DNA of 64,000 nucleotides. It comes from Nitrospirota bacterium (GTDB taxonomy: Bacteria > Nitrospirota > Nitrospiria > Nitrospirales > Nitrospiraceae). The position numbers were made by a program, and so were the translations under genes. Positions 40,916-51,439 of this stretch are shown piece by piece. The stretch is from positions 736,001 to 800,000 of the forward strand of contig CAVPBK010000006.1 in assembly GCA_963701855.1 (NCBI GenBank), given 5' to 3'. A model generated the notes under the pieces. The model ran no database searches. It saw only the letters and a list, made by a program, of their open reading frames with translations, and was not told the DNA's origin. Positions within the stretch are counted from its first letter, which is position 1. Each line of letters opens with the position of its first letter.

Positions 40916-41425
40916 GTGGAAGAACTCACCGACATATTGGTTGGCCTTGAACAGCGAATCAGCGCCTACAAGAACCGGCTGCAGGAGCTTGAAAAGAAGC
41001 GGCGTCGTTTGGACGATGAAATCGCCACGATTAAGAAATACTTGGAGTTGGCAGAAACGCTCTATCGCGTTGAAGCGGACAAGGCCAAGCTCGCTAGTCT
41101 CTCTAGTCAATTTTATTCAGATGAAAAAGGTGCTCGTCAGCGACCGAATACCGATGTCACCGACCAGTCGAGGGAAATCCTCATGGGGCGGAGCAAGTAT
41201 TCGGGTAAAAGCGTGTCGGAAGCCGCGTACGAAATGCTCCGAGAGGCGAATCGTTCGATGCATGCAAAAGAGCTTGTGCAGCGATTAGTCGAGGGAGGGC
41301 TCCAGATCAAGGGGAAAACGCCGCTGACGTCTGTTGCCACGTCCTTGAAGCGGGACAAGCGGTTCAAAAAAGTGGGGCCAAATACGTTCGAGGCATTGGA
41401 AGAATCCCTGATCCATGCAGTGTAG
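40916..41425 (+). CDS. coiled-coil + HARE-HTH (RpoE/delta-like winged helix) protein
   Basis: Heptad N-terminus; AAYEMLREANRSMHAKELVQRL...KGKTPLTSVATSL...F.KVGPNTF. Confidence 0.78.
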   Translation: MEELTDILVGLEQRISAYKNRLQELEKKRRRLDDEIATIKKYLELAETLYRVEADKAKLASLSSQFYSDEKGARQRPNTDVTDQSREILMGRSKYSGKSVSEAAYEMLREANRSMHAKELVQRLVEGGLQIKGKTPLTSVATSLKRDKRFKKVGPNTFEALEESLIHAV

Positions 41426-41474
41426 TGTGTCTGGGCTTGTTAGACCTCAAAATACACGAAGGGGGGTGAGAGTC

Positions 41475-41513
41475 TTGGCGACGAAGAAAGCAGCAAAGAA
41501 GAAGAAGAAGTAG
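41475..41513 (+). CDS. putative 12-aa Lys-rich micropeptide MATKKAAKKKKK
   Basis: AAGGGGGGTGA SD, TTG start, TAG stop, followed by a hairpin. Confidence 0.55.
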   Translation: MATKKAAKKKKK

Positions 41514-41523
41514 TCCCCGCCGT

Positions 41524-41569
41524 GATTCTAGCGTCGGGGGCGAGGCCACTTGCTCCCGACGTTAAATCG
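41524..41569 (+). terminator. hairpin after the micropeptide
   Basis: GATT-ctAGCGTCGGGGGCGA...TTGCTCCCGACGTT-aAATC stem. Confidence 0.5.
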
Positions 41570-41654
41570 TAACTTTATTACCTGCAGGTCATAATTCATC
41601 TCGCCTGAACTGGCAAGACTGTGCACAAGTTTCCATTCAAGAAGATGAGCGGCA

Positions 41655-41830
41655 GCCCGCATTGTTTATGAAGATTCTTCGCAAGAGCGCGTTCCTCGTA
41701 AAACGTATCTCGCATTCGACGATACAGACACACTCGTTCCGTCCTGCGCTCATGCTTCACGAACGACGTTTCACGCGCAATAGCCGCGTATCCACGCTTG
41801 CAGCAGAAGTTTCATGAGTAATGCGGGTTA
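41655..41830. mobile_element. MITE (family C)
   Basis: GCCCGCATTGTTTATGAA ... TTCATGAGTAATGCGGGTTA; overlaps the lpxC stop codon. Confidence 0.72.
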
Positions 41831-42763
41831 AGAGGCTTGGAGAGCTACCAGCGATGCGGGTCGCGATACAGCTACGGCAGAGCGTGGCTCAGACACGGGG
41901 ACTGTCTTGTCGGCGTTGAGCAACACCCAGCTATCAGGATGGGTGAGAATCTGTTGAACGAGGCGTGTATGTATTGCATGCCCAGAACGCTCGGCGATTA
42001 AGTGCCCGATAAAAGGTACACCGAGCAGGGAAAAATCTCCGATCAGGTCCAAGATCTTGTGTCGCACGAACTCATTCGTAAAACGAAGGCCTGACTCATT
42101 AAGAATGCCGTCTTGAGAGAGAACGATCGTATTATCTAAATTTCCGCCCTGACCGAGCCCGCGAGCCCACAGCGCCTCTACTTCCTGCAAGAATCCGAAT
42201 GTCCTGGCATCTGCGATCTCCCGTTCAAATGCATGAGCTGAGTGCTCATAGACGTAGGTCTGCGTCTGGATCAACGGATGATTGTAGTGGATGGAATAGG
42301 TGATCTTGGTAGTCGAGGACGGTTCGATGCGAACTCGACGAGCTCCATCCACCACCTCGAGAGGCCGAGTGATTTTCAGATAGGGTTGCCGCCGGCCCTG
42401 AAGAACAATTCCGGCTGATCGAATCAAGCGAACGAAGTGCGCCGCGCTGCCGTCCATGACAGGAGCCTCACCGGCATCAAGCTCCACATATGCGTTATCA
42501 ATGTCGAGTCCGGCCAAAGCAGCCAAGACGTGCTCAATCGTCTTAACCTGAAACCCGTTTCCGCTGATCGCGGTGCAGAGTTCCGTAGGCACCAAATGCT
42601 CGATGGAGGCCGCGAGAGACGCTCCATCTTTGCCGTTCCGGTTTATAAAGACGACGCCTGTATTTATTGGAGCAGGCCTGAGCGTAAGGGTAACGGGCTG
42701 TCCTGAGTGGAGCCCAACTCCAGCACAACTCACTGCATTCGCTAAGGTTTGTTGAGCTCTCAC
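41828..42763 (-). CDS. lpxC: UDP-3-O-acyl-GlcNAc deacetylase
   Basis: QQTL, GVGLHSG, TIEHVLAA, ARTFGF, RHKILDLIGD. Confidence 0.97.
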   Translation of the reverse strand: MRAQQTLANAVSCAGVGLHSGQPVTLTLRPAPINTGVVFINRNGKDGASLAASIEHLVPTELCTAISGNGFQVKTIEHVLAALAGLDIDNAYVELDAGEAPVMDGSAAHFVRLIRSAGIVLQGRRQPYLKITRPLEVVDGARRVRIEPSSTTKITYSIHYNHPLIQTQTYVYEHSAHAFEREIADARTFGFLQEVEALWARGLGQGGNLDNTIVLSQDGILNESGLRFTNEFVRHKILDLIGDFSLLGVPFIGHLIAERSGHAIHTRLVQQILTHPDSWVLLNADKTVPVSEPRSAVAVSRPASLVALQAS

Positions 42764-42795
42764 ACAGTCACCTCATTAAGTACACAGCGGGTATC

Positions 42796-42811
42796 AGCAA
42801 CTCATGTGCCA
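42796..42811 (-). promoter_or_regulatory. sigma54 (-24/-12) promoter
   Basis: TGGCAC-ATGAG-TTGCT on the minus strand, about 30 bp upstream of lpxC. Confidence 0.7.
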
Positions 42812-43126
42812 GACTGTATTTTTGTGATAAACTATCACATCTTATTGATAATAAACATTATATTGCCGTTAATGGATATGGGGCCATGTTGCAAAAACAT
42901 GACACCTGTGACTTTTCAAAGATTATTGAATCCTAATTCCCTCCTCTATGCAAAACGAACCAGCGAATTGCACATGGAATCGATCATTGCGAGTGGCAGC
43001 AAGAGTTGACGGAGATGACTCACCATCTGTTGACAGCTGACAAGGAAACTGTGGTGATCAGTCGATTTAGGAGAGCTACAAGCCGCTTGTCTGATCAGAA
43101 CGTTTCTACTTGGTGGCCATAGACAA

Positions 43127-43798
43127 TTACGGCCGAGGATCCAGCTCGATGAGTCCTTTCCGAATGGCCAGGATGGCCGCTTGCGTACGGTCATAGACTT
43201 GCAGCTTATGAAAAATGTTCCGCACATGATTCTTGACGGTCTTTTCGCTCAGATCCAAGTTATTGGCAATTTCCTTGTTCGTCTTGCCGTCTGCGACCAA
43301 GCGCAAGACCGTGATCTCTCGCTCCGTCAGATCGTGCTCAACCCACCCAGGCTTTTTCCCCTTCTTCTGTGACATCAAGGAGAACTCCGCCAAGATCTTG
43401 CTCGCGACGGATGGATGGATCAGCGACTCACCCTTGTAGATCGCACGAATCGCGGCGACGATCTGAGAGGACTCGGAATCTTTCAACAGATATCCAGTGG
43501 CCCCGGCGCGCACCAAATCGAAGATGTATTGTTGCTCGTCATACATGGTCAGCGCTACGACTCCGATGTGAGGGAACTCGCGCTTGATTTGTCTAGTCGC
43601 TTCGACTCCGCCCATTCGAGGCATGCTCACGTCCATCAGCACGACGTCGGGAACCAACGTCCTCGCCTTCTCAACCGCTTCCATGCCGTCTTGGGCCTCG
43701 CCTACGATATGAATGTCGTCTTTCGTCTTGAGGATTGCGACCAGTCCTTCGCGTACGACACGATGGTCGTCCGCGATGAGCACCTTAATCTTTTCCAT
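43127..43798 (-). CDS. NarL/LuxR family response regulator
   Basis: LIADDH, DVVLMDVSMP, GATGYLLKD, LTEREITVL...KTVKNH. Confidence 0.96.
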   Translation of the reverse strand: MEKIKVLIADDHRVVREGLVAILKTKDDIHIVGEAQDGMEAVEKARTLVPDVVLMDVSMPRMGGVEATRQIKREFPHIGVVALTMYDEQQYIFDLVRAGATGYLLKDSESSQIVAAIRAIYKGESLIHPSVASKILAEFSLMSQKKGKKPGWVEHDLTEREITVLRLVADGKTNKEIANNLDLSEKTVKNHVRNIFHKLQVYDRTQAAILAIRKGLIELDPRP

Positions 43799-44918
43799 GA
43801 GCGGTCGTCTCCTTTTTAACCAGGGGAATATTGACGACGATCGTCGTGCCACGCCCCTTCTTAGACTTGATCTTGCCTTCACCACCCACCAGTCGAGCCC
43901 GCTCCAGGATTCCGCGAATCCCGAAATGGTCCCATTTGTCGGGATCTCGCAGCACGGTGTCCATATCGAATCCCACACCGTTGTCCCCGATGGTGACCCT
44001 GAGGCGTTTGGTGTCGATGTCCAGCCCCACAGTAACCCGAGTCGCTTTCGCGTGCCGTTCCACGTTGCTCAGAGCCTCTTGCACAATGCGAAACAAAAAG
44101 ATCTTGGTACGCGGAAATAAAATCTGTTCATCGCCGGATACGCGGAACTGCGTCTTGATATGATACTGGGTCTCGTACGAGGTGAGATAGTTGGTCAGAG
44201 CTGGGAGGAGTTCCATCTTGTCGTAGTGAAGTGGGCGGAGATTGAAGATGACCTGCCGCGCTTCATGGATGGCCAGTTTCAGCTGGGCTTTGCTTTCGCG
44301 CAAGGTAGCCAGGCTGGCTTTCGGATCTTTTCGAATCAGTTGCAGGCTCAGATCCAGTTTGAAATTCACCCCGGCCAAGTTCTGCACGAGGCCATCGTGC
44401 ATTTCACAGGCGATGCGTGTCCGTTCCTCCGTCACCACCACACCTGTCTCCTTGACATATAGTCGATAGAGTGATTGATATTTATTCAATGTTTTCTCGA
44501 TATCTGACGTGGCACGAATGCGGGCCTCGATAAGCTCCCACATGAATTTAGCGCTAGCCCCACCAATAATGGTAACGCCCATCCGGTGGAAGTCTTGGAG
44601 CAACTCCCAGACCTTGGTATCACCCGACACATCGATGATGAGATCCACTCGCTCGAGGTCCAGAAGCCGACGGTAATCGCGGGTCACGGGAATGCCGAGC
44701 CGTTTCGCCAGTTCGACGCCCGGAGCGGTTTTCTGAACTTCGGCCACGCACACGATTTTTACCAGTGGGTCTGTCGCAAAGATTTCCATCAGTGCCGTGC
44801 CGCCTCGGCCTGCACCGATAATCGCCACATGCGTACCACTCGGCGCTCCTGCCTTGGGTAGTTGTCCGGGAGACTTGGATTGGATTGCCGGCATCATGAC
44901 GCCTACTTGCGGAGACAT
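43785..44918 (-). CDS. cytoplasmic HisKA_3 sensor kinase with N-terminal Rossmann-like domain
   Basis: IIGAGRGG; EERTRIACEMHDG; QEALSNVERHA; DNGVGF. Confidence 0.9.
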   Translation of the reverse strand: MSPQVGVMMPAIQSKSPGQLPKAGAPSGTHVAIIGAGRGGTALMEIFATDPLVKIVCVAEVQKTAPGVELAKRLGIPVTRDYRRLLDLERVDLIIDVSGDTKVWELLQDFHRMGVTIIGGASAKFMWELIEARIRATSDIEKTLNKYQSLYRLYVKETGVVVTEERTRIACEMHDGLVQNLAGVNFKLDLSLQLIRKDPKASLATLRESKAQLKLAIHEARQVIFNLRPLHYDKMELLPALTNYLTSYETQYHIKTQFRVSGDEQILFPRTKIFLFRIVQEALSNVERHAKATRVTVGLDIDTKRLRVTIGDNGVGFDMDTVLRDPDKWDHFGIRGILERARLVGGEGKIKSKKGRGTTIVVNIPLVKKETTAHGKD

Positions 44919-44994
44919 CGCACCATGTTGTAACCCGACGAACGGCAGAAGGAAAGGAGAGGCCGATAAGGAAAGAGCAGGGATCCCGCGGCCC

Positions 44995-45459
44995 TCATCG
45001 CTCGCGGCGTTGCTGAGCCAACGTTTTCAGCTCATCCATGAACTGGTCGATATCTTTGAATTCGCGGTAGACAGAAGCAAAGCGAACATAGGCGACCTGG
45101 TCCAGTTGATGAAGTTCTTTCATCAACTCTTCACCCACGACCCGGCTCTCGATTTCTGTTTCGCCCATTTCCTGAATACGTTTCTCGATGCGATCCGTCA
45201 CGTCTTCGATGGTGGCGGTACTGATCGGCCGTTTTTCACAGGCCTTCTTGAGACCGGCGAGAATTTTGGTACGGTCGAACGACTCCCGGCGGCCGTCCTT
45301 CTTCACCACCATGGGAAGAATTTCTTCGACGCGTTCGTAGGTGGTGTAGCGACGCTTGCAGCCGAGACATTCGCGGCGGCGGCGAATCACCTCGCCCTCC
45401 TTCGCCATGCGCGAGTCAACGACCTTGTCTTCAAGTTCATCGCAGAACGGACATTTCAC
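44995..45459 (-). CDS. nrdR: transcriptional repressor NrdR
   Basis: MKCPFC...[20 protein letters not shown] cone; [10 protein letters not shown]. Confidence 0.98.
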   Translation of the reverse strand: MKCPFCDELEDKVVDSRMAKEGEVIRRRRECLGCKRRYTTYERVEEILPMVVKKDGRRESFDRTKILAGLKKACEKRPISTATIEDVTDRIEKRIQEMGETEIESRVVGEELMKELHQLDQVAYVRFASVYREFKDIDQFMDELKTLAQQRRER

Positions 45460-45489
45460 AGGCGGTGATCCTGCCCCGTTTGGCGCGGG

Positions 45490-46752
45490 TTAGTAGGCAT
45501 GAAAGATAGGGAAACGACCGCAGAGCGCTTTGGCTTGAGTGCGGATTTCCTCGAGCGTCGCAGGTTCTTCCCGATGCTGCAGGGCCCGGTCAACCAAGCC
45601 AACAATCTCTTTCATCTCGGCCTCCCGCATTCCACGGGTGGACACAACGGGAGTTCCGAGTCGAATCCCACTGGCGACGGCCGGCGGCTTCTCGTCGTAG
45701 GGCACGGCATTCTTGTTCACGATAATGCCGGCAGTGCCCAAAGCCGCGTCCGCTTCTTTGCCTGTAATACCCTTGTTGGTCAGATTCATTAACATGAGAT
45801 GAGTATCCGTGCCACCCGACACAATCTTATAGCCACGATCGAGGAGCCCTTGGGCCAGCACCTTCGCATTGGCAATGACCTGCTGCTGGTAGCGCGTAAA
45901 AGCCGGTGAGAGGGCTTCCTTGAAGGCAACGGCTTTCGCTGCAATCACATGCATCAAGGGACCACCCTGTATTCCGGGGAAGAGTAATTTGTCGACCGCT
46001 TTGGCATACTCAGCCTTGCACATCACGACGCCACCCCTAGGTCCGCGCAGGGTCTTGTGGGTGGTCGTAGTGACAAAGTCGGCATAAGGAACAGGGTTCG
46101 GATGGAGCCCTGCGGCGATCAACCCGGCAATGTGGGCGATGTCGACCAACAGGTAGGCGCCGACCGACTTCGCGATCTGTTGGAATCGTGGGAAATCGAA
46201 GGTGCGCGCATAGGCGCTGGCGCCGACGACGAGCAGGCGTGGCCTGCATTCCTCGGCCACCTTCTGCACTGCGTCATAGTTGATGGTTTCGGTTTCACGC
46301 TCTACGCCGTAGGAAAACACACGGAACAGTATCCCTGAAAAATTGACCTTGCTGCCGTGGGTGAGGTGCCCCCCTTGGGAGAGGTCCATGCCCAGAATGG
46401 TGTCGCCGGGTTTCAGTACGGACAGATAGGCCGCCATATTGGCTTGCGACCCCGAATGTGGCTGCACATTCACATGCTCCGCCCCGAAAATCTGCTTACA
46501 TCGCTCGATGGCAAGATCCTCGACCGTATCCACATACTGACAGCCGCCATAGTACCTCTTTCCCGGATACCCCTCGGCGTACTTATTGGTCATGATAGAG
46601 CCCTGAGCGGCCAGGACGGCTAGACTGGCGAAGTTCTCCGAGGCGATCAGGAGCAGCCTGTCACGCTGCCGCTCTTCCTCGGCAATAATCGCGGCATAGA
46701 CATCCGGGTCTGTGGCTTTGAGTGCGTCTAAAGAACCGACCGCATCGCTCAT
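45490..46752 (-). CDS. glyA: serine hydroxymethyltransferase
   Basis: [35 protein letters not shown]. Confidence 0.98.
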   Translation of the reverse strand: MSDAVGSLDALKATDPDVYAAIIAEEERQRDRLLLIASENFASLAVLAAQGSIMTNKYAEGYPGKRYYGGCQYVDTVEDLAIERCKQIFGAEHVNVQPHSGSQANMAAYLSVLKPGDTILGMDLSQGGHLTHGSKVNFSGILFRVFSYGVERETETINYDAVQKVAEECRPRLLVVGASAYARTFDFPRFQQIAKSVGAYLLVDIAHIAGLIAAGLHPNPVPYADFVTTTTHKTLRGPRGGVVMCKAEYAKAVDKLLFPGIQGGPLMHVIAAKAVAFKEALSPAFTRYQQQVIANAKVLAQGLLDRGYKIVSGGTDTHLMLMNLTNKGITGKEADAALGTAGIIVNKNAVPYDEKPPAVASGIRLGTPVVSTRGMREAEMKEIVGLVDRALQHREEPATLEEIRTQAKALCGRFPIFHAY

Positions 46753-46769
46753 GACAGCTCGTTCCCTCG

Positions 46770-47243
46770 TTAGGCTTCTGCTGGGACCGTTTCGGCGTCC
46801 TGTTTCTTCACGACGTGGATAACCACAGTGGCAGTCACATCCCGTGGAAGCTTAATCGGCACAGTGAAGGTGCCGAGTTCCTTAATCGGGTGATCCAACT
46901 GGATCTTGCGCCGATCCACCGTAAATCCCTGTTCCAGCAATTTTTCCGCAATGTCCTTGGTTGTGACAGACCCGAACATCTTGTCGTCCTTGCCGACCTG
47001 GGCCTGCACTGTGAGCGACACAGCTGAGATGCTCTTGGCGTGGGTTTCGATCTCCAGCTTTTCTTTTTTCGCCCGTTCGCCGGCTACGCGCTTGATATGT
47101 TCAAAGGCCTTGATGCTGCGACTGTCGGCCAGCACAGCTTTTTTTCGCGGGAGCAGAAAATTCCGTGCGTACCCATCTTTCACATCAAGTAGATCTCCGA
47201 GATGTCCGACCCCGTCCATCGTTTCTTGTAGAATGACCTTCAT
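46770..47243 (-). CDS. rplI: 50S ribosomal protein L9
   Basis: MKVIL...[11 protein letters not shown]...FGSVT; start at ATG 47243. Confidence 0.96.
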   Translation of the reverse strand: MKVILQETMDGVGHLGDLLDVKDGYARNFLLPRKKAVLADSRSIKAFEHIKRVAGERAKKEKLEIETHAKSISAVSLTVQAQVGKDDKMFGSVTTKDIAEKLLEQGFTVDRRKIQLDHPIKELGTFTVPIKLPRDVTATVVIHVVKKQDAETVPAEA

Positions 47244-47445
47244 GCCCCTAACTCCTTCTGTTGGAAAGGGAAAGAGGATACTGGGGGACCGGTGAAAAGT
47301 CAATTCGCAATGTGCGGGAAGATGTTCATTGAGACATAGTCGTAGACGATCATGAACGAGAATGTACTCACCTGCCAAACTGGACAGGTGTAATAGGCCG
47401 ACCGTATGATGACGCGCTATACGAGGACTATCACCCAAGAAGCTT

Positions 47446-48897
47446 ATGACCGCGCGAGACCTTCTCGAAACATGGGCGCTCCGCCTTGAAGCCGAACAAA
47501 CACGGGTGAGGGATACAGCACTCGACCAGCCAATTGCTCAAGTGGCAGGCCGGCTTGTGCACATGATCGGCACGCTACAGCTGTATGAGATGACGCTCCC
47601 GCAGGGCTCGTCCATCGCACATGACACCCCTCTCTCAATTATCCCCTCAGACGACATAGAGCCAACCGAAGGCATCGTGCTTGGCGGGCAAGGCAACGTG
47701 GCCCTCGTGCAGACATTTGATGCCATTGGACAGTCCTGTACCGAGGCGACAGTGGTTCCTGATCGAGCCGGACTTCTGGCCACGTCGGCCAAGCGTTTGC
47801 GTGACATGCTTGCGCAACCCGACGCCTATCGACTCGGCCCAGCAGATCGCTTGGCGCCTCTCCTCGAAACACCGACGGGAGCAGGAGAACGTTCCGTGTC
47901 AGACGCCGGGTCGTCGATCCTCACAACCGTTTGGGCGAACGAACTTCCGGTGCGACGACAACGATTAGCTGTGCTGGCAATCGAACTGATTCGCGCTAAT
48001 AAGCGCATTCTGGTGGTCTGTCCTGATCACCAGGCGGCAGACGCACTTGTCGGAACCATCGCGCGAGCCATGAAAGCCGTAGGACTGACGTATAAAACGT
48101 GGGTAAGCCGCTATGAAATGGCCTTGGCCCAGCAGAGCGAGGGCATCGGGATTCAGGAGCTGGGATTCGAAGCGCAGATGCACCAATTCTATGCCAAGTC
48201 TCGCGCAGATAAGGCCGCGCTCCGACGCAAGTACGATCGATTCCGCGAACTGACGCCCGTACTGGCGTATAAGAAGCAGAAGCAAAAAGATCTCGATGAA
48301 GTACGTCTATTGGAATGGCGATTGCTGACGCAACACAGCGACCTACAGGCCAAGATCTCAGACGTGAATGCCACGCTGGCCGAGTATGAGAACCTTCCAC
48401 TCCTTAAGCGGCTCAGCCTGCAGGTTGTCGGGAAAAATGTCGAGTCGCTGCATCAATATCTCGAGCTGTATGAAAGTCAGTGCGCCGAATTGAAAGGGGA
48501 ACTCGATGTCGCCAAGGTGCGCGTCGATGAACTGGTGCCGGAAGCCGCTGTGCCGAAAGACATGCGTCCGGAGTTTGACGAACTCAAGGAAGAGATCCTC
48601 CGGCTGGGCGGTACGAAAAAGATCCGAGAGTTACTCGCGGCGGAAGAAGACACGAACCGCCAGGCCTTCATTCAAAATCGACGGCTTGTGGTCACGACGG
48701 CATCGCGCGTCCTGAACGATCCCCTATTCAGTCGCGTTCGGTTCGATGTCTTGATGGCCGATGAGGCGCCCTGGATCGCGGCCGCCCCATTGCTCGGCGC
48801 CGCCGGGCTCGCCCACGAAAGGATCGTGATCAGCGGCGACCAGCGCGACATCGAATCGGCCGGACTGTGGGCCTCACGCGAGTCAGAGCTGCGATGA
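47446..48897 (+). CDS. degenerate DNA2/NAM7 (SF1) helicase-like protein with coiled-coil insert
   Basis: RILVVCPDHQAADAL, FDVLMADEA and VISGDQ motifs; no recognisable Walker A. Confidence 0.65.
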   Translation: MTARDLLETWALRLEAEQTRVRDTALDQPIAQVAGRLVHMIGTLQLYEMTLPQGSSIAHDTPLSIIPSDDIEPTEGIVLGGQGNVALVQTFDAIGQSCTEATVVPDRAGLLATSAKRLRDMLAQPDAYRLGPADRLAPLLETPTGAGERSVSDAGSSILTTVWANELPVRRQRLAVLAIELIRANKRILVVCPDHQAADALVGTIARAMKAVGLTYKTWVSRYEMALAQQSEGIGIQELGFEAQMHQFYAKSRADKAALRRKYDRFRELTPVLAYKKQKQKDLDEVRLLEWRLLTQHSDLQAKISDVNATLAEYENLPLLKRLSLQVVGKNVESLHQYLELYESQCAELKGELDVAKVRVDELVPEAAVPKDMRPEFDELKEEILRLGGTKKIRELLAAEEDTNRQAFIQNRRLVVTTASRVLNDPLFSRVRFDVLMADEAPWIAAAPLLGAAGLAHERIVISGDQRDIESAGLWASRESELR

Positions 48898-48959
48898 TCG
48901 AAGCCGCTTGCTTGACGGGGACCTCGCGAATTCAGGATAATCCGCTTCCACCTCGATGT

Positions 48960-49046
48960 GCCGAAGTGGCGAAACTGGCAGACGCACTAGATTCAGGGTC
49001 TAGCGCCCGCAAGGGTGTGCGGGTTCAAATCCCGCCTTCGGCACCA
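48960..49046 (+). tRNA. tRNA-Leu(CAG)
   Basis: GCCGAAG acceptor, anticodon arm CTAGA-TTCAGGG-TCTAG, long variable arm, GGTTCAAATCC, CCA end. Confidence 0.97.
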
Positions 49047-49149
49047 CCGTTCTTGCCCTCTTTGTTTTTCATGCTCTTAGCTGTCACTAAACTAGGTTTG
49101 CTAACCAATTGCTAACCAGTGATTGCAACTATCCATGGAGGACTGTCTC

Positions 49150-50400
49150 TGTTGTGCCCCGGTAAAAGGTAGACAGGTCCTCTACGCGAGGAGGGATTCA
49201 TGGACACTGCAGTGAAACCTGTCCAGACTGGTCGAGGGCGGCGGCGACGGTGGAGTGCCGAACAGCAATTGATCGTGCTGCAGGAGTGGCAGACTGGGAT
49301 CCCGCTCGAGGAGATCTGCCGGAAATACGCGATGAATGCCGCGCAGATGTATCGGTGGAAGCGCAGCCTGGACCACGGGCTCAAGGAGCCCGGTGAGCTG
49401 GGGCCGAAGAGTCAGGTGCTGGGCTTGCCGAAACGGGTTGAGGAATTCGAGCGGGCGCTGGGGCGGAAGGCCTTGGAGGGGGAGGTGTTAACAAAAGCCT
49501 TCGCGCTCAAGGGACTCAGATTACCCGAGGGAATAGAAGATGGTTGGCGCGGGTCACGGGATGTTCTAGCGTCTTGGCCTGTCGGGTCTTGGACAAGCCA
49601 CGGAGTTGGTTTGACGACCGACGGTCGTCCGGGCTGGGATGGCCGGTGAGGCGGCCGGACGTGGAAGCGGCGATGGGCCGACTCCTGGGGAGCATCCTAT
49701 GGCTACCGACGGATCCACGCGCTGCTCACGCGCCAGGGACTGACGTGCGATCTCAAGACCGTGTGGGAAACGATGCGTCGGCGTGGCGGGCTCTCGACCA
49801 GTCGCACACGCCTGATCCGGTCTGGGCGGCGACACGAGGGGCAGGTGCGTGTGGCCGAACCGAACCGGCGCGGGACCTTGGACATCACGAGCCTCCGAGC
49901 GTGGGACGGTCGGAAGGGACGCGTGGCGATCATGATCGACGGTGCGGATTGGATGGTGTTGGCCTGGCGCTTCGCCACGCGGATCACCGCCGAGGATCTG
50001 GCCGAGATGCTGCGCGAAGCGATATTCCGGCGATTTGGGGAGACACGAGTCCACGCGCAGGGGATCGAGTTTCTCAGCGACAACGGACCGGAATACACGT
50101 CGCATCGGTTCCGACCGTTCGTGCGAGCCATGGGGCTCATCCCCTGTCACACGCCCCGGCGGAGTCCGCAGTCGAATGGATGAGCCGAGGCCTTCTTCGG
50201 CAGCTTCACACGGGATGATGTGCACCAGGCGTGTCTCGACACAGTGGACGCGGTCCGGCGACAGGTGCCGGCGTGGATCGACCATGACAACCGGGAGGCG
50301 CCGCACAGCGCCTTGACCATGCAGTCGCCGGTCGAGTGCGATGCAGCGTGGTGAGTCAAAAACAAGACACGACCTGTCCACAATTAAGCGGGGCAGTACA
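49150..50400 (+). mobile_element. IS3-family element, degenerate transposase
   Basis: IRs TGTTGTGCCCCGGTAAAAGGTAGACA / TGTCCACAATTAAGCGGGGCAGTACA; orfA HTH, then orfB SDNGPEY with frameshifts and a TGA at 50181. Confidence 0.88.
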
Positions 50401-50740
50401 GTCTTCGGCAAAGGCTCCGCGCTCCACCATGAATGAGAACCAGTCCAGTGCGTGGAGGGAAAGTGTTAGAACACTGACTTGACGCTTATCACCCGTCACT
50501 ATTGGCTTGCGTCGAAATTGAGGCGTGGATGTACTGGATTCCAAAAGGCTGAGACACTTTGCACCCACTTTCACGTAGTCGCGCTCTGTCCATACTATCG
50601 GCTGCTGTTGTTGAGTTACCGGCAATTGGCGCAGAGCCTGTCCGATTTTGGCGGTGTCCTACGTCTATTGATGCATCCGAGCGCCAATGGTAGCATGTCA
50701 CGCATGTGACGAGGCTGGAATTTTGTAGCACCGCCCATAG

Positions 50741-51439
50741 TTACTCGTGGCACATGATTAAATCCGTTAAATCCACATGGTTCATTTGATCCACGAAGGC
50801 AAGATCATAAAAACCCACCAGAAACTCTACGCCTAAGAATTGACCACGAACGACGCAGTACTCACCGAGAACGCCTGCGGTAAGCGCTGCTCCAATGACT
50901 TCTATCTCGACGCCTTGTTTTACGGCTACATAATCCTGTGTCCAGGTCCTAACGAAGCCCGATTTATTCCACTCCTCATGGTTCGTCAGCGCATTCCATC
51001 GCAACCATTTTCCGTCGAGTGAACGCACATCAGCTTCTTTGTTCGTGCGAATAATTACTGTCCCTTTCTGAGCGGCTTCTACTGCGGCTTTAAACGAAAT
51101 GAATGGTATTACCTCCTCTTCTGTTTGGACACCACCGACACTGCTGATGATTGTGTCATATACTGATTCCTTCGATGCAAAGCGGCGATCGGAACTGCGT
51201 ACACCGAGCAAATGTTGCCCAACTGGAACCGAAAAGCTTTTCCTTTTACCGGGACCCAATTCTCCAATGACTTTGGCATCCAGGCGTAACGCACAAGCAA
51301 TGGGAGCATTACACTTTATTAAGAGCTTACCGGATGGCTCAGCCCAAAGCGGGGTATTATGCCAAGGCAGTGAGGATGCTGAGATCATGGCGAGCAAAAT
51401 GAGTATCTTCCGAAATCTGATTAATATACAAAGCAGCAA
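50741..51439 (-). CDS. exported hypothetical protein, possible PEGA-like domain
   Basis: Signal-peptide-like N-terminus; GKLLIKCN...LD...G...VPVGQH. Confidence 0.55.
   Translation of the reverse strand: MLLCILIRFRKILILLAMISASSLPWHNTPLWAEPSGKLLIKCNAPIACALRLDAKVIGELGPGKRKSFSVPVGQHLLGVRSSDRRFASKESVYDTIISSVGGVQTEEEVIPFISFKAAVEAAQKGTVIIRTNKEADVRSLDGKWLRWNALTNHEEWNKSGFVRTWTQDYVAVKQGVEIEVIGAALTAGVLGEYCVVRGQFLGVEFLVGFYDLAFVDQMNHVDLTDLIMCHE

Noticed and set aside
41536..41560. GGGGGCGA as the missing tmRNA 5' end
   Set aside because: It forms one arm of a local hairpin and lacks the following TTCGAC D-loop/P2 pattern.
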